Positions 29,404 through 37,900 of a stretch of 64,000 nucleotides of DNA are shown here, one piece after another. How positions within the stretch are numbered: position 1 is the first letter of the stretch; every line of letters begins with the position of its first letter. The notes under the pieces are model-generated. The model was not told the DNA's origin. It saw only the letters and a program-made list of their open reading frames with translations, and searched no databases. The position numbers and the translations under genes were made by a program. This DNA comes from an uncultured bacterium (GTDB taxonomy: Bacteria; Cyanobacteriota; Vampirovibrionia; Gastranaerophilales; Gastranaerophilaceae): positions 50,454 to 114,453 of the forward strand of contig CADAYD010000005.1 in assembly GCA_902791985.1 (NCBI GenBank), in the 5' to 3' direction.

Positions 29404-32400
29404 ATGAAGAAATTTTTGAAAATATTAGGAATCATAATTGGTGTAGTTTTATTTATTGCATATATATGTTTTTTGTTTGTAGTGCCGAAGGTTGTTGAGC
29501 TTTCGCCATATAAAGAGCAAATTAAACAAATTGTAAAAGAACAGGCAAATCTTGATATAAATTACAAGAACGAGCGTGTTATAACTACTCCGTTACTTGG
29601 TATTGGATTCAAGGCTGATGATTTAGAGGTGTCACTTCCTGATAAGTCTAAGATTTTAACATCTGACGGTATTAAGGCGGTTGTTTCACTTCCTCATCTT
29701 TTGTTTTTGACGGTTCGTGTATCGTCTGTTGATGTTGAGAATCCGTTAGTAAATGTTGAAATCTTAAAAAATGGTGAAGATTATAAAATTGTAAAACATA
29801 TTGAAGATATTTTGAATGCACGAAAAGAAGCAACTTTTGCTCAAAAGCCGGTTGAAAATGTTGAAAAAGGTTTCAAATTTGACCCTAATTGGATAAAAAT
29901 AGTTATTCCGAATGTTCGTTTAAATAATTATAAGGTTCTTGTAACGGATTTGGGCTCAAATCATTATTTGGATTTACATGGTGAGAAATTAGTATTTGGT
30001 TATTTTAATCGTAAAAGTGTCCGAGTACGTACTTTAGCAGATCTGTATAGTGATACAAGTAAAAATATTTCGGCAAATATTGATTTTGACACGTTCTTAC
30101 CTCCGCCTGCTCCGGAGTTGGACGAAGAGGATGATCCGGCTGAAAAAATTGATTTTACATTTATTAATCCGGTAAAAGCCTATCAAAACTACGATTTAAA
30201 AGCGGATATTGATACAAAAATTAAAATCAGAAAGTCCAGAAATGGGGGTTACATCTCTTTTGGGCATTTCAATGTTGAAAATTTAACTTTAAAACTTGCT
30301 CAATTAAGATTGCCAAAGAGTTATTTCAGGATAAAAACTTTTGGGTATAATGCTGATATTGATACTAATATTTATACCGCGAATGGTGAGAATTTAAGTC
30401 TTTTAGGGAGTGTGTATTATTCTAAACATCCGTCTGTTGACATGAATATTAAAACAGAATCAATAAAATTCCAAAATTTATTGATTTTAACCAAAGCGTT
30501 TTTGGATTCATTGCAAATTCCAAATGAGTTAGACCAGTATAGTGCATCAGGCGAGCTTTATGCGGATTGTTATATAAAAACAAACTTTAAAAAATTAAAA
30601 TCCAACGGGTATATTAATATAAAGAATGGTTCTTTGAAGGTAAGAAATCTCGGTGAAGTTTTATCCAAAATTGATATAAATATAATTCTTGATAATAATA
30701 TTTTAGATATTGTAGATTCGGGGTTATTTATTGAAAATTCTCCGGTTACAATAAATGGTGCAATTGATGAAAAATCTTATACGGATGTATGTATAAAAAC
30801 AGATGCCATTCCGTTGTCAAAACTCTTTAATGCGTTTGCTCCGAAATCTTTACGTAATTCATTTATTCTAAAATCCGGCAATTTGTCTTCATCTTTTAAT
30901 ATAAAGGGTAAAATGAAGGAGGCTGTTTCCAATGCTGATTTTAGTATAAAGAATTTTGACTTTGCGGACAGAAAAAATACATTTGATGTTAAAAACGGAC
31001 AACTGGCTGCTAAAGCTAATTTTCTTGCAAAAACTCAGGATTTAACTGCAAGTATAAATAACGACAATTTTAGACTATTTTTCCCGCACACTGCTTCGGT
31101 TATAAGCGTTCCCAAATTGAGTATTAATGTAAAAGATAAAAATATTAATATCCCTGAAAATGTGCTCTTATTTAATGACGCATCAAAAATAAATTATCGG
31201 GGTTTGGTTTTAAATTATGAAAAATTAGAAGGGATTGATTTTGATGCGGATGGTTCTGTCAGCACTTCTGATTTGATAAAATTTATCGGACGTGAATTTA
31301 AACCATATTTGAATGCTCAAGGCTCTCTTCCGTTAAAATTGTCGTTTAAAGGCGATGCAGGGAAAAAGACTTTGTTCGCGCAAGTATTAGGAAATGCTGA
31401 TAATCATATTACCCCTGTGGATTTTAAAAATTTACAGAATAAAACAACTTCACTTCAATCGACGGTTGTATTTAAACCAAATCGGATAAAAATAAAGGAT
31501 ACCGGTTTGTTTATAAGAACAATTAGTAAGGATGAAGAAGGTAATGAACAAATTGCACTTGATAAAGTTGCAAATGTCGATGGTACAATTGAACATAATC
31601 GTATAAATCTTATGAAGTTTGAAAGACCTCAAGATTTAGAAGGTAAAATTTATTTGTTTCCTCGTTCAAATTTTGTACTGCCGAAAACAAAAATATTTGC
31701 TTTTGGACATTTAGCTTCTCCTCAAATTCGTGGAGATATTGATGTCCACAGTTTGTTTATTCCTGAAATCCGTACGGCGCTTGACAATTTGAATATAAAA
31801 TTTAACGGTAGAGAAATTCATTTCAATGTCAAAGATTTGATGCTTAAAAACTCTGATTTGACTATAACCGGTAAAACTTCACTTGAGCCAAAATCAATTA
31901 TTGAATTGAATAATTTAAAGATTAATTCAAAATTGATTAACGTTGATGATTTAACTTCTGTATTGGCTTTGTTAGATAAATATATGCCGGCTAAAGGTAC
32001 ATCAGGCAAAGGTGGAAGTGCCTCATCTGCAGATATTCCGATTCTAGTGCCTAACGGTTTAATAAGTTTTAGAAAAATTGTAACCGGTAATATTGAGTTG
32101 TATAATACTGCTTCATCAATGATTTTGAGGAAAAATATATTATATTTGCCAAATCTTGTTACATCTATATTTAAAGGCAATGTATCAGGAGCGATTGATG
32201 TGGACTTAATCAAAATGCTTATTAACGTTGATTTGGCAGGGCAAAAAATTGATATTGAAAAAGCGCTGTTGGATGCTGCAGGTATGAAAAATGCCCTCTC
32301 AGGAAGTGCTGATTTTATCGCAAAACTCAAAATCGACGGGAATGCCAAAACTCAGCAAGAACAGATAAAAGGTATTGAAGGTGAAATAAGTTTTATCGCA

Positions 32401-33120
32401 AAAGACGGACAGTTTGGTCCATTTGGGAAGTTAGAAAATTTGATTTTGGCTGAAAACATCCGAGAATCAAAATTCTTCCAGACTGCACTCGGCGGTGTAT
32501 TAAACTCTCTTTCAACTATTGATACAACGCATTTTGCGGAACTTAAGGGTAAATTGTTCTTAAAAGACGGGGTTTGTGATATTAAGCATATAACTTCACA
32601 AGGGAATGTAATGAATTTACATATTTTAGGAAAATTTGATGTTATAAAAAATTATGCAGATATGAAAGTTCGAGTAAAATTGACTTCAATTATATCAAAT
32701 TTACTAGGCCCTATAAATGCAATAAATCCTGTTAATTTGGTTAACAGTGCAGCGAGTATGAATGTAGTTACAGCAAAGGCATTTTCTCTGTTCTGTGAAA
32801 CCGTACCGGAAAGTGAATTCGCTATTTTACCATCATTCTCCAATAAATATGTGGATAATTCTTCTACAAAATTCCAATTAGGGGTACGGGGAGATGCTGC
32901 AAAACCTTTAAAATTAATTAAATCGTTCAAATGGCTTGCAACCCAAGCTGATTATGATAATGCACAACAATTTGTTGATTCTATTCCTGAACAGGTTGAA
33001 GGCAGCAACGCTACTACTATTCAGGAAGTTATAGATGAAGCAAATGCTTTAAAAGCCCAGCAAGAGGCTGAGCAAAAAACATTAAAATATAAATTAAAGA
33101 ATCTATTCAAAAAAAATTAA
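29404..33120 (+). CDS. AsmA/TamB-family envelope biogenesis protein (N-terminal membrane anchor, long beta-rich periplasmic region)
   Basis: A single N-terminal TM segment (ILGIIIGVVLFIAYICFLFVV) is followed by about 1200 aa of repetitive beta-strand-like sequence typical of AsmA-like proteins. The family call rests on architecture only. Confidence 0.55.
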   Translation: MKKFLKILGIIIGVVLFIAYICFLFVVPKVVELSPYKEQIKQIVKEQANLDINYKNERVITTPLLGIGFKADDLEVSLPDKSKILTSDGIKAVVSLPHLLFLTVRVSSVDVENPLVNVEILKNGEDYKIVKHIEDILNARKEATFAQKPVENVEKGFKFDPNWIKIVIPNVRLNNYKVLVTDLGSNHYLDLHGEKLVFGYFNRKSVRVRTLADLYSDTSKNISANIDFDTFLPPPAPELDEEDDPAEKIDFTFINPVKAYQNYDLKADIDTKIKIRKSRNGGYISFGHFNVENLTLKLAQLRLPKSYFRIKTFGYNADIDTNIYTANGENLSLLGSVYYSKHPSVDMNIKTESIKFQNLLILTKAFLDSLQIPNELDQYSASGELYADCYIKTNFKKLKSNGYINIKNGSLKVRNLGEVLSKIDINIILDNNILDIVDSGLFIENSPVTINGAIDEKSYTDVCIKTDAIPLSKLFNAFAPKSLRNSFILKSGNLSSSFNIKGKMKEAVSNADFSIKNFDFADRKNTFDVKNGQLAAKANFLAKTQDLTASINNDNFRLFFPHTASVISVPKLSINVKDKNINIPENVLLFNDASKINYRGLVLNYEKLEGIDFDADGSVSTSDLIKFIGREFKPYLNAQGSLPLKLSFKGDAGKKTLFAQVLGNADNHITPVDFKNLQNKTTSLQSTVVFKPNRIKIKDTGLFIRTISKDEEGNEQIALDKVANVDGTIEHNRINLMKFERPQDLEGKIYLFPRSNFVLPKTKIFAFGHLASPQIRGDIDVHSLFIPEIRTALDNLNIKFNGREIHFNVKDLMLKNSDLTITGKTSLEPKSIIELNNLKINSKLINVDDLTSVLALLDKYMPAKGTSGKGGSASSADIPILVPNGLISFRKIVTGNIELYNTASSMILRKNILYLPNLVTSIFKGNVSGAIDVDLIKMLINVDLAGQKIDIEKALLDAAGMKNALSGSADFIAKLKIDGNAKTQQEQIKGIEGEISFIAKDGQFGPFGKLENLILAENIRESKFFQTALGGVLNSLSTIDTTHFAELKGKLFLKDGVCDIKHITSQGNVMNLHILGKFDVIKNYADMKVRVKLTSIISNLLGPINAINPVNLVNSAASMNVVTAKAFSLFCETVPESEFAILPSFSNKYVDNSSTKFQLGVRGDAAKPLKLIKSFKWLATQADYDNAQQFVDSIPEQVEGSNATTIQEVIDEANALKAQQEAEQKTLKYKLKNLFKKN

Positions 33121-33139
33121 TAAATTTATTAAAGCATAG

Positions 33140-33175
33140 ACAAAATATTACAAATTTTTATTTGTAATATTTTGT
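33140..33175 (+). terminator. AT-rich hairpin terminator after the AsmA/TamB-like gene
   Basis: ACAAAATATTACAAA-TTTTTA-TTTGTAATATTTTGT is a 15-bp perfect stem. Confidence 0.5.
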
Positions 33176-33251
33176 TACAATATTCAATTTTTGTTAAAGT
33201 AAGTACTGTTATATTCCGTTAAATTGCATGTAAATTACTTAGAGGTATCAC

Positions 33252-34982
33252 ATGGCAATAGATGGAATCGGAAGACGGAAAGCGGATATTACAACTATAT
33301 CCGGCGGTCTGGAAAGAAAAAATCTAAAGAACGACCAGGAGCGTTCAATTTTTGATGCCATGGATGCTGATCATAATGGCGTTTTGACTGATGCTGAAAT
33401 ACAAAAATTCAAATCAGGTGACGCAGCAAGTGGTACTGAAGGTATTGATAGGGATGGGGATGGTGTAGTTTCCCGTTCTGAGGCTAAGAAATTTATTAAA
33501 GCTAACGGGTTAGAAGATCAAAATGTTAAAAAACAAGATGTTATTGATTTCTTGAAAAAATACGGTCAATATACCCAAGACATTGAGAATACCGAAGTTA
33601 CAGAAGAAGGAATTGCCATTACTTACAATGATGGTTCTAAAAAAATTATTAATCCTGAAACAAAAGATTATAAAGTAATAAGACAAGATACAAATACCTC
33701 TACAACAACTACGACTTCTTTTGATGCAAATGATGCATTGAAAAACGAAGTTATTGAAAATGAAAACGAAATAGTTACCACAACATTCAGAAATGGTGAT
33801 AGAAGTGCTCTTGAAAGTGTGATTAAAGAGGATTTGGTTAATAATACCCAATCTCTTATCATGTATGATGAAACAGGCAAAAAGATTGAAAGCGAAGTAG
33901 TGCTGGAGCCTGCGACATCAACTACAACAACCTATACCTATGAAGATGGTAAAAGAACTGGCAAAAAAGTTGTTCAGGGTACGACAGAAGTTAATTATAC
34001 AATTAACGGTGACACTGAAGTAAAAACTTCAATGATTGAAAACAAAGGTATAGAGGCAAAAGAAACATTAACAACCTGGACTCACAATTCTGATGGTACA
34101 ATCACTGAAGACATTACTTGTAACGGTGAAAAATTACACACAGTAAATACTTTGAATGAAGAAGGTCACAGGACTTCTCAAACAAAAGTTGTTGATGAGG
34201 CTACTTACACTGCATCTTATGACGGTCAAGGTAATACTGCAGGAATAGTTGTTCAACGTAATGAAAATCTTAAAACTCTTGCACAGAAATTCAATTGTAG
34301 TGTTGAAGATTTGAAGAAATTAAATGAAGGTTGTGATTTTAAACCGGGAAGCACAATAAAGGTTCCGACAGAAATTGATGCGGATGATGAAAGATTACAA
34401 AACAGAAAACCTGCTGATGAAATTCAGGCTGAAATCAAACACGAACAAGAAGTTGCGCGTCAAAGAAAACTTGCAAGACAAAGAGCAGAAGCAGCACAAC
34501 TTAAAAAACTCGGTTTAATTAATCGTAAAGGAGCAGGACAAAAAATAACGGGTGCATATAGTCTTGGTAATGGTAAAGGCTATAGAGAAGAACAATTTAC
34601 CGTAATTGGTCAGGCTTCTTTTGATAGAGTCATTGTAAGAAATAAAAAAGGTGAGATTGTTGTTCTTTCTACGGCTAATCATAAAAACGGCTGGAAAGGA
34701 CCTCGTTTAGTTTTAAAAACGGAACGTGTTGTTAATACAGAAACTTTCCGTACAGGTAAAAAAGTCAAAGTTGGCAGAAGAGATGTCGTAATAACGAATC
34801 AATCTGTTGATGGTCACGGCCGTATGCTAGCGGTTGATTCTGAAGGTAGAGAGGTTGTTATATCAGGCGGCAAACGCGCAGGTGATTTATCTGATAGAAA
34901 AATCCTAAATAATTCTTATTATCAAGCATCAAATGTAGCGGATATTTTAATACCTATTTGGATGCAGATGCAAAACATATAA
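33252..34982 (+). CDS. EF-hand pair + LysM domain protein (576 aa), no signal peptide
   Basis: Two canonical Ca-binding loops, DADHNGVLTDAE (about 33362-33397) and DRDGDGVVSRSE (about 33447-33482). A LysM-like segment NENLKTLAQKFNCSVEDLKKLN..PGSTIKVP lies at about 34250-34365. A basic coiled segment follows. Confidence 0.7.
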   Translation: MAIDGIGRRKADITTISGGLERKNLKNDQERSIFDAMDADHNGVLTDAEIQKFKSGDAASGTEGIDRDGDGVVSRSEAKKFIKANGLEDQNVKKQDVIDFLKKYGQYTQDIENTEVTEEGIAITYNDGSKKIINPETKDYKVIRQDTNTSTTTTTSFDANDALKNEVIENENEIVTTTFRNGDRSALESVIKEDLVNNTQSLIMYDETGKKIESEVVLEPATSTTTTYTYEDGKRTGKKVVQGTTEVNYTINGDTEVKTSMIENKGIEAKETLTTWTHNSDGTITEDITCNGEKLHTVNTLNEEGHRTSQTKVVDEATYTASYDGQGNTAGIVVQRNENLKTLAQKFNCSVEDLKKLNEGCDFKPGSTIKVPTEIDADDERLQNRKPADEIQAEIKHEQEVARQRKLARQRAEAAQLKKLGLINRKGAGQKITGAYSLGNGKGYREEQFTVIGQASFDRVIVRNKKGEIVVLSTANHKNGWKGPRLVLKTERVVNTETFRTGKKVKVGRRDVVITNQSVDGHGRMLAVDSEGREVVISGGKRAGDLSDRKILNNSYYQASNVADILIPIWMQMQNI

Positions 34983-37900
34983 AAAATACAAGAAATTTCG
35001 GGGAAGTAAAATATCCTGAAATGAAAGTGGCTCTTGATAGAGCTTGTGAAGATGCATTTTCGGATCAGCGTACTCAAAAAGTTGTAACAGATCCTAAAAC
35101 AGGTAAAAAGGTTACAGTTACAGTAGGTTTATCTCCTGCTGAAAGATTTGTATTAAATGACGGTGCTATTGCAAGAGCAGAAAATTATTTGAGTGAAAGT
35201 GAAGGCTTATATTCTTCAATGGTTAAATCCAATCTTGCATTTGTTATGCCTACACTTGATAATTTACAATCAATACCTACTGCATTTAAGGGTGCTTTGG
35301 GATTGATGGGTGCGGCTACAAATTCTGACCGTACTGAAGGCAGACAAATTATAAGAATGTGGGCAGATCAGGGTGCTTATGGTGTTCCCGGTACTCAGGA
35401 TGTTTCTACAGAAATTGGTCGTGTTTGCGCTAATGAAGTCAATTATGAACTTCATGGCGGACTGGGTGTTACTCACGAAGCTGATGTGTCAAATGCTTTA
35501 GAATTATGTACAAGCAGAGCAGACAGACTTGCTTCAGAACAAGCAATTCATGCTTTGCATCCTGATATAGAACCTCGCCCTGTTGATCATGGGTCTTATA
35601 TGCGTGCTGTAATCGGAGATGACCTTGGTGGAGAAGACGATTATCGTACAGCAAAAGTCGATAGAGTTGTTGTTGCTTGGATTGGTTCAGGAGGCTATGA
35701 ACAACCGCAATATTTGAGAGATGAAGATGGTAATCTTATCTTAGATGAGAATAATCAACCTATACCTGATGTATACCTAAGAGATGCAAATGGTCAATTT
35801 ATCTTAGATAAAAATGGCAAACCAAAAGTAGATGATGATAAAATGGCTGATTTGCACGAAATATATAGTCTCACTGATAGGATGGTAAATGCGGATTATT
35901 GTACTTATGTTGTAAAAAATGGTGAGAAGATTCGTACAAATACCAAAATTGAAGGCTATCGCAGTATATATAATGACGAAGATTACAGATTATCAATACA
36001 CAATCTTACAGGTGCACTTGGAAATTCAAAATATATAACAGATTGTTATGAAGATGAACAAGGTATATTAATAAATCCAGCATTTGCGCATTTTAGAGCA
36101 ACCAGTGCCGAATTTATCAGAGCAAACGAAATTAAGCCAAATGTAAAAGGTGAGCCGCCGGAAGAAACATTTATCGTACATACATCAGTATCTCCAAATA
36201 CAGGAAAAATGGATGTTGAACATGTTGAGGCATGCAACCGATTGTTGTATCCTGAACAACCAGCATTCATCAGTGCAGAACAATCTGTATTGAAAGCAAG
36301 AGATAAAGGAACTGTTCATTTGGGTGCCAGTGATGATCCAGCCGTATATGAAGAATTGAAAGTGATGCTTGCTAATGGAGAAGTTGACGGTGTTAAATCT
36401 CTTGATGATTTATTCACGCATATGACAGGTGGTAATGAAGAAATGTGTATTAGAGCCGGTGCACGTTTAATATTGTACGGAGGAGTTGAAGTTGAACCTT
36501 CTGTAACTGAAGCACTTGCAATGCATTTAGCTTCTTATGCAAATGAACATTATGATAACAATAATGATGCAAACTCAGATGACTGGAATGCCTCTGATGC
36601 TGCCGAAGATATGATGCTTTTCCGTGAAATGGCAATGACTCATCCTGAAATTATTCCTAATTTGAGAGAAAGAATTCACAAAGCAAACTTTACAATTTCC
36701 GGTTCTATCGCAGGCATGGATCTTACTTATACAGATATGAAAAGTAAATATTTAGCTGTTTTAAATGAAGTTGAAGGCACAGTATCTAATGAGACAGTAT
36801 TTCTGGATGCAGATGGTAATAGAATTACCAATCCTGAACTCCAGAATGAAATAATGGCACGTAATTGTGAATTGGTTAACGAAATATCTGCTGAAATTAC
36901 ATCTATGGGCAGAGATTTTGCTCTCAAAGTCGACCAAGAAGGCGGATTCAGTGATTTTGCCAATAATTTCAACGAAGTATACGGTATTGGTACAACCAGA
37001 GCTGATGTTAAAACTATTTATGGTCAAACACGTATGATGCAACGCAGACTTGAATTAGCTGCGCAAGGCAAATTGAGAGATAAACACGGTAATGTTATTT
37101 CATTACACGATGAGGCTAAAAATTTGCAAGAACAATTGCAAAAACTCGCAGAGTCGACAACTGATTATGATGAAGCGCAAGAATACACAAAAATGGCTAT
37201 GGTATTGACCCCCATTTTCATAGTAACTGCACCAGTAGCAACTACCGGAGTTGCTACAACAGCAGCCGTAATGGGTACTTCCACTGCGGTATTTGAAGGC
37301 GGCTCGATGTTATGGGAACACGAAACTGCTACCGTTAAAAAAGGCACAAGAGGTGAAGTTCTCACCGATGCGGCTATAAGAACTGCTGAAGATGCTGCAT
37401 TGGGTGCTGCTATACCGGGAGTAGGTAAGCTCGCAAAAGGTATTGCAAAAGGAGTTGCAAAAGGTACAAAATATGTTAAAAAAGTTGCTCGTGCACGCAG
37501 AATAAATAATATTCGTGCAAATAGACTTCATTCCATGCCTGCACCAGCAGAACATGTAAATTTACATGGAACACGAATGAACCCTGAAGGAGTTCACATA
37601 AATGCAGCACGTAATGCTTATGTAACCCCTGAATCAAATACAATAAATATATCTGATCTTGAAGTCCAGTTAAATGAAGCAGAAATTTCAAATACTTTAA
37701 GACAAAATTATGATGATTTTTTAAGAAACGATGTTATGGATAGAAGCAAAGTTCGTGAAATGATAATAAAAACACATTCTGATAGAGGTGGTTCTGATGA
37801 GTTATTTAGAGCGGTTGACGAACTTAATCAAGCGATAAAAGAAGGAAATATAGCAAGAGCCAGAAATGCTAAAGACAATTTAAGAACCTTGCTAGAACAA

